A DNA stretch of 55,905 bases from Candidatus Krumholzibacteriia bacterium. GTDB taxonomy: Bacteria; Krumholzibacteriota; Krumholzibacteriia; LZORAL124-64-63. The position numbers and the translations under genes are program-made. This document shows positions 1 through 9,328 of the stretch, in pieces (the first letter of the stretch is position 1; each line of letters begins with the position of its first letter). The notes below the pieces were generated by a model. It saw only the letters and a program-made list of their open reading frames with translations. It had not been told where the DNA came from and searched no databases. The stretch spans positions 1 to 55,905 of the forward strand of contig JAWOID010000046.1 of the NCBI GenBank assembly GCA_046484865.1, written 5' to 3'.

Positions 1-362
1 TTCAGGTGGAAGAGCAGGCAATGGCGTCCGAGGCGGTAGATCTGGCGATCGATGGTCGCGGGGGAAACGCCGAGGTCGGTCGCGATCTGGCTGTTGCACA
101 TCCCGCCGGTGACCTTGGTCATCAGCTGGGGGAGGATCTCGGGTTTCTTCAGCCAGTAGGTCGTAGCGAAGGTCTGTGAACTGAAGGTGACGCTGCAGTG
201 GAGACAGCGAAACCTGCGGATACGGGTGGGTTCGGCGAGGCGGAAATAGGAGCCCATGCGCTTGAATCGCCAGCCTGGCTGCAAGGGTTTGTGGTACTTG
301 CAGGTAGACGACGGGCAGTGGGGTGGCGTCCAGCGCGGATGGCTGAGTTCATAGGTGTCCAT
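1..362 (-). mobile_element. Partial transposase-like ORF (Zn-ribbon + HTH N-terminus), runs off the left edge
   Basis: Manual translation from ATG at 362: MDTYELSHPRWTPPHCPSSTCKYHKP...RFRCLHCSVTFSSQTF...MCNSQIATDLGVSPATIDRQIYRLG. This gives CPxxxC...CxxC followed by an HTH, the architecture of IS1/IS1595-like transposases. The DNA is visibly less GC-rich than its neighbours. Catalytic domain is outside the window. Confidence 0.55.
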
Positions 363-422
363 GCCGGCCGGCTTGCAGGACCGGGGCCGGAAACATTCTT
401 CGTGGAATAACTCACGACACGA

Positions 423-448
423 CCGGGGCCCCCTGTTGGGAGCCCCGG
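423..448 (-). terminator. GC-rich hairpin downstream of accB
   Basis: ccggggccccc-tgtt-gggagccccgg; 11-bp stem with one G-U pair on the minus-strand RNA, 27 nt after the accB stop; weak U-tail. Confidence 0.5.
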
Positions 449-475
449 CGCAGTCAGTCCTTCAGGTGAGGCCGG

Positions 476-946
476 TCAGTCGGGGTCCACGAGGAAGAGG
501 ATGCCTTCGGCCTCCACCGGCTGGCCGTTCTCGACGAGGACCTCCTTGACCGTGCCGCCGAACTCCGCCTCGATCTCGTTCATCACCTTCATCGCCTCGA
601 TGATGCAGAGGGTCTGACCGGCGGTGATGGGATCGCCCGGCTTCACGAACGGCTCGGCCCCGGGCGCTGGAGCCCGGTAGAACGTGCCGACGATCGGCGA
701 CCGGATCTCCTTCCACTTGGCCCGCTCGGGAGACACCGTCGCGGCGGCGGGAACATCGACCGCCGGCGAGGAGGCGGCCGGGGCGGCCGCAGCCGCCGGC
801 GGTCCGGCCGGGTAGCCTCCGTACGTCAGGCCGCCGGTCGGGCTCTTCTGGATCCGGATCGTGGTCTCGCCGTGGCTCACCTCGAGTTCCTCGATCCCGC
901 TCTCCTCGACCAGCTTGACCAGCTCTCGAACCTTCTCGATCTCCAT
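476..946 (-). CDS. accB: Acetyl-CoA carboxylase biotin carboxyl carrier protein
   Basis: EAMKVMNEI biotinylation motif, [11 protein letters not shown], Ala/Pro linker; follows efp. Confidence 0.97.
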   Translation of the reverse strand: MEIEKVRELVKLVEESGIEELEVSHGETTIRIQKSPTGGLTYGGYPAGPPAAAAAPAASSPAVDVPAAATVSPERAKWKEIRSPIVGTFYRAPAPGAEPFVKPGDPITAGQTLCIIEAMKVMNEIEAEFGGTVKEVLVENGQPVEAEGILFLVDPD

Positions 947-995
947 CGCAGCCTTTCCGTCGCGGCATCCGTACCGCGCAGGGGATCCGGACGCG

Positions 996-1553
996 TCAGA
1001 CGCGACCGAGGTACTTGCCCGTCCGGGAATCGATCTTCAGGACCTCGCCCTCCTCCACGAAGAGGGGCACCTGGACCACGAGTCCGGTCTCCATGGTGGC
1101 CGGCTTCGAGCCGCCCTGGGCGGTGTCGCCACGCAGGCCGGGATCTGTCTTGGCCACGGTCAACTCGACGGTGAGCGGCGGCTCCACCGAGAGGGGACTC
1201 TCCTCGTGCAGCAGTACGGTGCAGATGTCGCTTTCCTTCACGTAGAGCGGCAGGTCGCCCAGCGTGTCCTCGTGCAGCTGCACCTGCTCGTAGGTCTCCA
1301 TGTTCATGAAAGTGAAGAACTCGCCCTCCCGGTAGAGGTACTGGTAGGGACGTCGCTCGAGGCGCACCTCCTCCACCTTCTCCCCCGCGCGGAACGTCTC
1401 CTCCAGCACCTTGCCCGACGTGATGCCCTTGAGCTTGGTGCGCACGAAGGCGCCTCCCTTGCCCGGCTTCACGTGCTGGAAGTCGACGATGGACCAGAGC
1501 TCTCCCTTGAACCGCATGGTGAAGCCAGTCCGGAAATCGCTCGTGTCGGCCAC
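996..1553 (-). CDS. efp: Elongation factor P
   Basis: [12 protein letters not shown] (Lys-type loop), [20 protein letters not shown]; probable GTG start at 1553. Confidence 0.97.
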   Translation of the reverse strand: MADTSDFRTGFTMRFKGELWSIVDFQHVKPGKGGAFVRTKLKGITSGKVLEETFRAGEKVEEVRLERRPYQYLYREGEFFTFMNMETYEQVQLHEDTLGDLPLYVKESDICTVLLHEESPLSVEPPLTVELTVAKTDPGLRGDTAQGGSKPATMETGLVVQVPLFVEEGEVLKIDSRTGKYLGRV

Positions 1554-1625
1554 GGAAGGCCCTCGCTTTCTGCAACCGGCCACGGTGCCGGCGGCTGGGT
1601 GTCGGGACGACCGAAACAGGCGACA

Positions 1626-1654
1626 TTGATAACATCCGACCGGATGGATGGCAA
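1626..1654 (-). promoter_or_regulatory. Sigma70-type promoter of efp-accB with a palindrome in the spacer
   Basis: TTGCCA-N17-TATCAA with extended TG; spacer holds CATCCG-AC-CGGATG (1633-1646). Confidence 0.5.
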
Positions 1655-1691
1655 TCACCGCCCGGCCCCCCCCAGGCTGCGCCGCCAGTCT

Positions 1692-1707
1692 TGCAAGCGA
1701 TGCACCA
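1692..1707 (-). promoter_or_regulatory. Sigma54-like -24/-12 motif upstream of efp
   Basis: TGGTGCATCGCTTGCA: GG-N10-GC with TTGCA. Confidence 0.4.
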
Positions 1708-1727
1708 GTCCGCCCGCGGTTCGCCGG

Positions 1728-2579
1728 TCAGTTCCCCTTCGGGTGCCGACGGATGCCGTCGATCCAGGTCGCGAATTGCTCGCGCTCGCCCACCCGCTCG
1801 ACCGTGCGACGGCGTGGCGCCGGCGGGGCGACCGCACCCCTGCGCGGCCCCGGCACCTCCCGGTCGGCGGATTCGCCCCGCGGCTGGGCGCCGCGATCCT
1901 CGACCGTACCGTTCGCGATCTCCTCCAGGCGCTCTCGCACGTCGTGGCGGTCCGGTTCGCGTTCGAGGATCCGCTTCAGGACGGCGATTGCGCGGTCCCG
2001 GTATCCCTGCTTCAGGAGGATCTCCGCCATGGTGAGAGTGGACAGCCCGCCCCCCCCGGCAGCATCTCCCGGCGACGCGGCGGCATCTCCTCCCCCGGCG
2101 GAACCGTCCGCCCGCGCCGCCTCGGCCTCCGCCCGGCTCGGGGGTTCCGGCGCGGCGGCGACCAGTTCCCGCCGCGCCCTCTCCAGCAGGTCCGCCGCGC
2201 TCTCGTCCAGGGGATCCAGCCGCACGACCCGGCCCCAGCGGTCGACGGCGGTCGGCCAGTCGCGACGCTCGGTCGCATCGGCCGCCAGTTGCCATAGTGC
2301 CACCAGGTTCTCGGGATCGAGCGACATCACCCGCTGCCACGCGGTGCGTGCCGCATCGGGGTCATTGCGGTCGCGGTGCAACTGGCCGAGCACCACCAGT
2401 GCGGAGACGAAGCCCGGATGCCGCGCGATGCCGGCCTCCAGCAGCCGCAGCGCATCGTCCAGCCTTCCGGACCGCCGGTACAGGTCCGCCAGCGGCAGGA
2501 ACACCCGCGACTGCGGGGTCAGCTGGAGCCGGCGCTCGTAGTAGGCGATCTGCTGCTCGATCGGGACGTCGGCACTCAC
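1728..2579 (-). CDS. Tetratricopeptide repeat protein
   Basis: TPR-like helices (LADLYRRSGRLDDALRLLEAGIARHP; TLTMAEILLKQG); GTG start with GGAG upstream. Confidence 0.85.
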   Translation of the reverse strand: MSADVPIEQQIAYYERRLQLTPQSRVFLPLADLYRRSGRLDDALRLLEAGIARHPGFVSALVVLGQLHRDRNDPDAARTAWQRVMSLDPENLVALWQLAADATERRDWPTAVDRWGRVVRLDPLDESAADLLERARRELVAAAPEPPSRAEAEAARADGSAGGGDAAASPGDAAGGGGLSTLTMAEILLKQGYRDRAIAVLKRILEREPDRHDVRERLEEIANGTVEDRGAQPRGESADREVPGPRRGAVAPPAPRRRTVERVGEREQFATWIDGIRRHPKGN

Positions 2580-2740
2580 GGTGGTCCACTCCCCGGTTCG
2601 CGACCATGGACCGGCCAGTCTAGTCCGGGGCACCGCCCGGGCGCAAGTGTGCGACGCAGCGGCGGCCGGCGCACGATCTCGATCAACCCGCCTGGCGGGC
2701 ATTTGACCAGCCGCAGTGGGCCGCTCATGAATCATGTGGT

Positions 2741-3427
2741 CTAGATTGCGCCCAGCCAGTCCTGCATCAGGAACTGCAGACGCCCCACGAGCAGGGTCAC
2801 CCGTCCCATCACCGCATAGCCGAACGACGTCCCGAACGTGATCATCAGCACCACCAGCCCCACCCGGCCCAGCTTCGAGAGGCCCCCTCGCTCCGCGCGC
2901 GTGTAGGTGAAGTAGGCGAGGCCGCTGACCACGCCCACCAGGATCAACACCTGATTGACGGTGGCGAACCACATCACCCCGCCGGCCTCGCGGACGATCA
3001 GACCCGGCGCCAGGGTTGCGTGCACCTGGTTCAGCAGATCCGACCGCAGGTAGCGGACGATGGCGAAACCGGCCGTCGTCCCGACGGCGAAGGCGGTGGG
3101 CCAGCGGCCCAACCACGAGAATCGCGGCACGAGCCGGGTGAGCATCAACAGCCCGAGCACCACCGGGATCAGCGCGCCCAGATCGCGCGCCCCCACCTCG
3201 GCGTCGGGGTGGGTGACGCGAGCCGCCTCCGGGAACAGTTCCACCACCGCGTTCGGCCAGAGGGTCGTCCAGAAACCCACGACCATCCAGTAGGCGGCCG
3301 ACACCCCGACGAAAATGTGCTCCGCCAGCTTGTAGAGCGGATTGTCGCGCCAGAGGAAGCTGAAGACCATCAGGGTGAGCAGCGCCGCCACCCAGACCTC
3401 GAGACCGTCGAGCAGCGCCGGGTTCAC
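2741..3427 (-). CDS. Conserved-looking multi-pass membrane protein (about 6 TM), GlmL-like/DUF6754 unit
   Basis: Hydrophobic segments; FSFLWRDNPLYKLAEHIFVG and FGTSFGYAVMGR motifs; GTGA overlap with the upstream gene. Confidence 0.8.
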   Translation of the reverse strand: MNPALLDGLEVWVAALLTLMVFSFLWRDNPLYKLAEHIFVGVSAAYWMVVGFWTTLWPNAVVELFPEAARVTHPDAEVGARDLGALIPVVLGLLMLTRLVPRFSWLGRWPTAFAVGTTAGFAIVRYLRSDLLNQVHATLAPGLIVREAGGVMWFATVNQVLILVGVVSGLAYFTYTRAERGGLSKLGRVGLVVLMITFGTSFGYAVMGRVTLLVGRLQFLMQDWLGAI

Positions 3428-4368
3428 GGCCGCTCCTCCCCCCGGTCGTCCCTCTCCCGGTTCCTGCCGCGGCGACGCATCAGACGCCGCGATCCCGCCA
3501 CCATCAGCTCCAGATTGCCGACGATCACGAACAGGACGATGATGCCGTGGGCCACCGCCTGTGGTCCCATGCCGCCGGTCGCCGGCCGCGGGAACGGCAG
3601 CAGTTCGGGATGCCCCTCGGCGAGGGCGGTCTCGTACTCGGCAGCGCCCTTGAGGCCCGCCAGCAGGCCCACGAGCTGGCGGGGGAAATAGGCGAGGAAC
3701 TCAGGGCTGCCCACGCCCGTGCTGCCCCCCGCCACCGGCACCCCGGTGGGATCGCCGCCGAAGAGGATCCACTCCTTCAGACCGGGCGTCCCCCCCGAGA
3801 AGCTCACCACCAGCCCGAAGTCCTCCAGTCGCTCCACGCCCGCCAGCGCCGGCAGGCTGGAAAGCGGCCGGCCCGCCAGATCGGTGGGGTACATGCTGCC
3901 GAGGTCGCTGCGGATAGCGTTGATCAGCAGCGGTCCCCCGGTCTTGTAGCCCAGCACCGCGTAGTTCTCGCCGGCGACCGCGCCGGGGAATTCCGCCTGG
4001 ACCATCCGCTGCAGGATGCGGTGGATGAGGGCGTTGCCCTCGGGCCAGAGCGACACGAAGCAGACACGCAGGTCCCGCGCCAGCGCGTGCCGGGTCATGG
4101 CCATGGCCATCGGTTCCAGCTCGGGAGCGCTGCTGGGGCTGTACTCGAGCGAGAAGAGCACGGGACTGCCCGGCGGCAGGGTTTCCAGCGCCGCGTACAC
4201 GGGGGCGACGAAGAGCCCGGGGCGGTCGGGAAAGAGCGGCTCCTGCAGGATCGTGACCACCAGCGCCACCGCCAGCACGCCGTAGATCCAGCGTCGGTCC
4301 AGGTCGCCCAGTCGCGCCAGCCAGCCCCGCCGCGCGCTCCGCTCCGGCCTTCCCCGCCGGCCGCTCAC
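3424..4368 (-). CDS. Membrane-anchored protein with a large soluble domain, GlmL-like/DUF6754 unit
   Basis: N- and C-terminal TM helices flanking a soluble domain; GLLAGLKGAAEYE motif; GTG 4368 overlaps the upstream stop. Confidence 0.8.
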   Translation of the reverse strand: MSGRRGRPERSARRGWLARLGDLDRRWIYGVLAVALVVTILQEPLFPDRPGLFVAPVYAALETLPPGSPVLFSLEYSPSSAPELEPMAMAMTRHALARDLRVCFVSLWPEGNALIHRILQRMVQAEFPGAVAGENYAVLGYKTGGPLLINAIRSDLGSMYPTDLAGRPLSSLPALAGVERLEDFGLVVSFSGGTPGLKEWILFGGDPTGVPVAGGSTGVGSPEFLAYFPRQLVGLLAGLKGAAEYETALAEGHPELLPFPRPATGGMGPQAVAHGIIVLFVIVGNLELMVAGSRRLMRRRGRNRERDDRGEERP

Positions 4369-5087
4369 GTCCGCCCTCCCCCGCCGCCCGGCCCGCGGCG
4401 CTCGAGACCCAGCAGGAGGCGCAGTGACGCCGCCACCACGCCGAGGGCGATGCCGATGAGGATGGCGCGCTGGCCGGCCACGTTGGGCACGCGCATCAGC
4501 CACAGGCTCAGGAACTCCGGCCGCAGGAACGCGAGCGGGGCCGGGAGCCAGCCGCCCACGAGTTGCGCGAGCGGCGTGCGGCCCACCAGCACGACGAACG
4601 CCGACAGCAGCAGGATGGTCGCCTCGGGCGTGCGCATGCGGAACGCGCGGTAGGCGGCCGAGGCCACGAAGAACGCCAGCAACGAGAAGAGCGTGGCCAT
4701 CAGGGGGGCATAGATCGCCGAGAAGATCCAGCCGAACGCCGAGGCGGGATCGGTGGGGTCTCCCTGCAGCCCCGGCGCGCCTCCCACCTTCAGCAGACCC
4801 AGCGCCAGCACCACCGTGAAGGCGACGAGAGCGACCACCGAGTACATCCAGTCCCGGTCCCGTCGCACCACCCGCGCCACGTGGTTCTTGACGAGGTTGC
4901 CGCCGCCCAGGACGAACGCGAACACCGCCAGGACGTTGAACCAGACCGACACGTTCCGGTCGAGGTAGGCGAGGAACCGCGCGGGCGCCGCCGGGTCGGT
5001 CACCTCGTGCGGCTTGGCCGCGAAGGACGTGAGCACCAGCAGCAACCCGAGGACCGACACGATGAGCTGCGGAACGAGGCGGCGCAC
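4365..5087 (-). CDS. Multi-pass membrane protein, GlmL-like/DUF6754 unit
   Basis: About 6 hydrophobic helices; LLAFFVASAAYRAFR and QRAILIGIALG motifs. Confidence 0.8.
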   Translation of the reverse strand: MRRLVPQLIVSVLGLLLVLTSFAAKPHEVTDPAAPARFLAYLDRNVSVWFNVLAVFAFVLGGGNLVKNHVARVVRRDRDWMYSVVALVAFTVVLALGLLKVGGAPGLQGDPTDPASAFGWIFSAIYAPLMATLFSLLAFFVASAAYRAFRMRTPEATILLLSAFVVLVGRTPLAQLVGGWLPAPLAFLRPEFLSLWLMRVPNVAGQRAILIGIALGVVAASLRLLLGLERRGPGGGGGRT

Positions 5088-5088
5088 C

Positions 5089-5904
5089 CTATCCTCCCGT
5101 TCCGGTCAAGCGCAGGACCTGCTCCAGCACCACGGCCGGCGCGCGCCAGTCGGTCACTCCGGCCAGTAGCCCCAGGGCGGCGCTCGCGCCGAGCAGGATC
5201 ATCACGGCGTACTTCACCAGGTCCTGTCCGTGCAGGCTGCCCAGCCCCACCGGGTCGCCGGACAGGTACGCGCTCGCGGCGAAGAACTCCTCGCCGATGA
5301 GCACGTGGTCGCAGGCGGCCACCAGGAACGGCAGCTGGTGCGCCATGGCGGTGCCCGCGACCTGCACCGCGCCGGCCCGCTGGCCGGCCTCCGCCAGCAG
5401 GAGCGACTCCGCGAAGAAGGGCCCCAGCAGCAGGCTGGCCGCCGGACGCTCCCGCGCCACCAGACCGTCCACGTGCGCCGCGAAGGCAAACTGATCGTCG
5501 CTGATGTAGGTGACCATGCCGTCGTGGTAGGTGTCGGGGCGGCCAGCGGCGGCGTAGGCTTCCCGGAGCACCTGCCGGGCCGCCTCCATCACGAGCGAAC
5601 GGTTGGTGGGCACCATCAGCCGGCAGCCGTGCCGCGCGGTGAGCTCTCCCACCCGGCCCAGGATGGTCAGGCTCGCCACCGTCTGCACGTCGTCCAGGTC
5701 GCGCGTCCCGCAGACGTACACCACGGGGCGGCCCAGTTCCGCGGCCCGGCCGATCACGTCCGCGATGGCGTCCACGGCGGGCAAGCGTCGCAGCCGGACG
5801 CGGCGGCCCCGCAGCGCGCCGGCCACGCCCAGCAGGACGGGCACGGTCACCAGCGCCAGCGCGAGGGCCAGGTTCCAGCTCTGCGGATCCACCCAGCGTT
5901 CCAC
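5089..5904 (-). CDS. DUF6754-like membrane protein
   Basis: RRLPAVDAI..IGRAAELGRP, FFAESLLLAE, QLPFLVAACD..LIGEEFFAASAYLS motifs; TM at both ends; start uncertain. Confidence 0.75.
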   Translation of the reverse strand: MERWVDPQSWNLALALALVTVPVLLGVAGALRGRRVRLRRLPAVDAIADVIGRAAELGRPVVYVCGTRDLDDVQTVASLTILGRVGELTARHGCRLMVPTNRSLVMEAARQVLREAYAAAGRPDTYHDGMVTYISDDQFAFAAHVDGLVARERPAASLLLGPFFAESLLLAEAGQRAGAVQVAGTAMAHQLPFLVAACDHVLIGEEFFAASAYLSGDPVGLGSLHGQDLVKYAVMILLGASAALGLLAGVTDWRAPAVVLEQVLRLTGTGG

Positions 5905-5905
5905 G

Positions 5906-7117
5906 TCAACCCCCGTCGTCGCCGGGTGCGTCGAGCAACTCGACATTCGCGCGCGGGACGATCAGGGTACGGCCTCCCGGCACCTGCACCTCCACCGCGG
6001 GATGCCGTCCGCCGCCGGAGAAGGTGTGCCGGCCGGGCGGTAACCCCGCGACCACGCCGATGCGGCCGAGGTGGGTGGCGCCGATCAGACGGACCCGCTG
6101 CCCCGGCCTCAGATCCGCTGTCCGTCCGGCGCGCGCGTCCCCTCCCACGGCCGGAATCGAATCCGCCGGGCAACCTCCGTCGTCCGGCTCGGAAACCAGG
6201 ATTTCCGGCCGCTGAGCACCGGCGCGCACCCGCGTGGCGGCCCGGACGCCGGCCGGCGATCCCAGCCGCCGGTTCAGCATCGCGAAGGCCCGCGGATCCT
6301 GGGGCACCCGGCCGAATCCTCCCGTGACGACCAGCGTGGGCCGGATGACCTCGTGACCCGTGACGGCCACCGACAGCTCGTGTCCGAGCAACTCGGCCAG
6401 GTCCGCGTCGTCCACACCCCCGGTGATCAGGGCCCCCACGCCCACGGCCGCGGCGCGGCGCAGTGCGCTCCCCGTCACCAGCGCTCCGCCCAGCACCACC
6501 TTGCCCGCCAGTTCCGGGCCGATCAGTTCCGACGTGAGCACGGCGTCATGCCGGCTCACCGCGGCGGCCAGTTCGCCCACCACCTCGCCGCCCACGCCGA
6601 CGATGCCCTGCACCAGCGTGGCGCGGCCGACGATGTCGACGCCGCGTCCTTCCGCCACCTCCACCACGCGTCCGCCGAGCAGCGCCATCAACTCGAGCGC
6701 GACCGACGCCACCTCCAGCAGCACCTGCCCGGTGTGGGGCGAGACTTCCCGCACCGTGCCGTCGGCCGGGCTGCGACACTGACCCCCGAGCCAGCCGGCC
6801 AGCCCATGCAGGCGGGCCAGGGGCTGCCCCCGGACGACCACGGCGCCGGGCGCCACCAGGACGGCGGCGGCGGCCGTGCTGGCATCCACATCCAGTTGCC
6901 TCGCGACGTTCACCGGCAGCAGGGTGCCGGCCGCCGCCCGGGCCACCACGGTTCCGGGCTCCACCCGATCGCCGGCGGACACCAGCACCTCGCCCGCGAT
7001 CGGCAGCCGGCGGCTCCGGCGCAGCAGCAGGGCGGGCCGGGCGAGCACCGACGGATGCGCCAGGCCGGCGGCGTCCGCGCTGGTGCGATCATCCGGGGTC
7101 GTGGCGCTCCGTCTCAT
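5906..7117 (-). CDS. Hypothetical protein with two lipoyl/biotinyl-like barrel-sandwich segments and a C-terminal KOW-like domain
   Basis: VLVSAGDRVEPGTVVAR and VAPGAVVVRGQPLAR...SPADGTVREV; C-terminal PGQRVRLIGATHLGRIGVV...VPRANVELL; ATGA overlap with the upstream gene. Confidence 0.75.
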   Translation of the reverse strand: MRRSATTPDDRTSADAAGLAHPSVLARPALLLRRSRRLPIAGEVLVSAGDRVEPGTVVARAAAGTLLPVNVARQLDVDASTAAAAVLVAPGAVVVRGQPLARLHGLAGWLGGQCRSPADGTVREVSPHTGQVLLEVASVALELMALLGGRVVEVAEGRGVDIVGRATLVQGIVGVGGEVVGELAAAVSRHDAVLTSELIGPELAGKVVLGGALVTGSALRRAAAVGVGALITGGVDDADLAELLGHELSVAVTGHEVIRPTLVVTGGFGRVPQDPRAFAMLNRRLGSPAGVRAATRVRAGAQRPEILVSEPDDGGCPADSIPAVGGDARAGRTADLRPGQRVRLIGATHLGRIGVVAGLPPGRHTFSGGGRHPAVEVQVPGGRTLIVPRANVELLDAPGDDGG

Positions 7118-8916
7118 GATTCCTCTCCTGGTCCGGGCTCCATCTCCGCGCGCCAGCGCTGGAGCAGCGTCTGCCACGGTACGCCGCGACCGTGCCGCTC
7201 GAGGTCCTCCTCGCGGCCGTCCAGCAAGACTCCCGCCGGTCCGCCGCCGACCAGCGCCTGCAGCGGCACGCCGCGGCCGGCGCCCAGGTCCACGCCCTTG
7301 GCCGGTTCCAGGTGCAGCGCGGCACTGGCGCCGGCGTACAGCGGGAGCCTCTGCAACTCGCCCCGGCGCAGCACGCCCGTCCGCGTCTCGCCCGCATCGC
7401 TCGGCCGCAGTTCCCAGCGCAGCAGCGGCGCACCGACCGCCACCCGCTCCGAGCGCAAGGGTGCCACGACGGTTCCGAGCGGCCGCAGGCAGTCATGGAA
7501 GAGCACCTGTCGCGCCGCGTCCCGGTGGCGCCGCGAGAGGACGCCAACGTGGGGCAGCAGGAAGGACGCGTCCACGGTCAGGGCCGTGATACCACGCGGG
7601 CGCAGCCCATCGACCAGCATGGCCGCCGCCTGCCAGCGTTGCGGAGCGTGGGCGAGCGGACCGCCCGACCCCACCACCATGGTCACGCGCCGCCAGTCGA
7701 TCCCCTCGGCGGGGGTCGTGCGCCCCAGCCGCAGGGCCGCCGGCCCGTCCGGTCGGACGCCCCGCAGATCCGAGCGCACCACGACGTGCTGCGCCAGGGC
7801 GAGCCGCAACGCCTCGCGCACGACCGCCTGCTCCACCTGCAACTCCGCCTCGGTCTCCGGCAGCGTGGTGGGTCGAACCATCTTGTTGCGGACCAGGTTG
7901 CGCAGGTCCTGCTCCCCCATCGCCACGGTGAGCCAGCGCTCCACCCGGTCCCAGCCGGCGGCGTGGCAGACGTGGCCGATGCTGAAGCTGAGCCCGAGGT
8001 TCGCCGCCACCGAGCGCACCACGCCTGCGCCGCCGGCCGAGTAGACGTCGGTGGTGGCGCCGCCGATGTCCACTGCCAGGACCTCGCCCGCGTCCGCCTC
8101 GACCAGCAGTTCCAGCGCATGGGCGAACGCCGCCGGCGTCGGCTCCACCGGAGCGGCACAGAGGGCCTGCAGGGCGGGATATCCCGGCGCGCGGGACATG
8201 ACGTGGTGCAGGAAGACATCGTGGATCCGCTCGCGCGCCGGCCCCAGGTCCTCGTGCTCGAGGACCGCCCGCACATTCGGGGCGGCGAGCGGCACCGCGC
8301 CCAGCGCAGCGGTCACGGCGGCCAGCGCCGCTGCATTGCCGGCATAGACCACCGGCACCGGCTCGGCCGCCGCGTGCCGGGACCGCAGTTCCGCCTTCGC
8401 GATCCGCTCCGCCAGCACCACCACCTGCTCGGTGGCGCCGCCATCGGTGCCGCCGCACAGGAGCACGGCGTCCGGCTCGCCCCGGCGGAGCCGCTGGATC
8501 TGCCGGGCGGCCGGTTCCGGATCGCTGTACGCGAGGACGTCGCTGACCAGGGCCCCGGCGCCGAGCGCCGCCCGCTCGCCGCTCGCCGCGGTCATCGCTC
8601 GCACGAGCCCCACCACGGCCATGCGCAGCCCCCCCGCCGCGCTGCTGGTCGCCAGCAGTTCGGCCTGGTGCGGATCGAGATGACGGTCGCCCTCGCGATC
8701 CGGCGCGGTCAGCAGCGGCGCACCGGTCTCCTCGGCGAGGGAGGTCAGCGCGGCGCGCAAGCCCACCGTCACATCATCGTGCGGCGCCTCCACCGTCGTC
8801 GCCGCCTCGGCCCGGCCGAGCACCCCGAAGCGTCCGTCATGGTCGCCGACCAGCACGACCTTGGTCGTGGTCGAGCCGCAGTCCACGAGAACCCGGTACG
8901 GCGTCGCTTCGTTCAC
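7114..8916 (-). CDS. GlmL/MutL (glutamate mutase reactivase)-like ASKHA ATPase
   Basis: VDCGSTTTK and DIGGATTDVYS actin-like phosphate loops; TSSAAGGLRM and LLCGGTDGG typical of the GlmL family; GTG 8916 overlaps the upstream stop. Confidence 0.85.
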   Translation of the reverse strand: MNEATPYRVLVDCGSTTTKVVLVGDHDGRFGVLGRAEAATTVEAPHDDVTVGLRAALTSLAEETGAPLLTAPDREGDRHLDPHQAELLATSSAAGGLRMAVVGLVRAMTAASGERAALGAGALVSDVLAYSDPEPAARQIQRLRRGEPDAVLLCGGTDGGATEQVVVLAERIAKAELRSRHAAAEPVPVVYAGNAAALAAVTAALGAVPLAAPNVRAVLEHEDLGPARERIHDVFLHHVMSRAPGYPALQALCAAPVEPTPAAFAHALELLVEADAGEVLAVDIGGATTDVYSAGGAGVVRSVAANLGLSFSIGHVCHAAGWDRVERWLTVAMGEQDLRNLVRNKMVRPTTLPETEAELQVEQAVVREALRLALAQHVVVRSDLRGVRPDGPAALRLGRTTPAEGIDWRRVTMVVGSGGPLAHAPQRWQAAAMLVDGLRPRGITALTVDASFLLPHVGVLSRRHRDAARQVLFHDCLRPLGTVVAPLRSERVAVGAPLLRWELRPSDAGETRTGVLRRGELQRLPLYAGASAALHLEPAKGVDLGAGRGVPLQALVGGGPAGVLLDGREEDLERHGRGVPWQTLLQRWRAEMEPGPGEES

Positions 8917-9278
8917 GGGGCCGCCTCGCCGTCGATGCCGCCGCGACCGCGCGCAGCCGGCTCTCCCCGCCGGTCCGCCGACTCCGCGGCCGTCACCAGT
9001 TCCAGCAACCGGTCCAGAGCTCCCCGCTCCTGGAGCAAGGCCGCGAAGCGGCCCACGGGGGCCGACGGGACCAGCGCCGTCACCAGGGGATCGAGGACGT
9101 GGAGGACCTGGCTGCCGAGGAAGGCGACCGGACGGCTCGACTCGAGCCACAGCACCGCCACCGGAGCGAGCCGGGCGCGGACAAGACGTCCGGCCATCTC
9201 GGCCAGCAGCTCTTCGTCTGCCGGTGTGAGGCCGCGCACCGCCCCGCGCGGCGACGCGTCGGCCCGACTCGGGTGCAT
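8913..9278 (-). CDS. Small helical hypothetical protein heading the GlmL-like unit
   Basis: GGAGGAG RBS before ATG 9278; LESSRPVAFLGSQ motif; stop overlaps the start of the ATPase. Confidence 0.7.
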   Translation of the reverse strand: MHPSRADASPRGAVRGLTPADEELLAEMAGRLVRARLAPVAVLWLESSRPVAFLGSQVLHVLDPLVTALVPSAPVGRFAALLQERGALDRLLELVTAAESADRRGEPAARGRGGIDGEAAP

Positions 9279-9328
9279 CGGCTCCTCCCGCCGGGGCGGC
9301 GGTGCCGCCCCGCTCCTGCTCATTCGGT

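Noticed and set aside
7114..8916. DNA mismatch repair MutL, or a glutamate fermentation pathway
   Set aside because: The fold is actin-like, not GHKL, and no mutase subunits or methylaspartase are in the window
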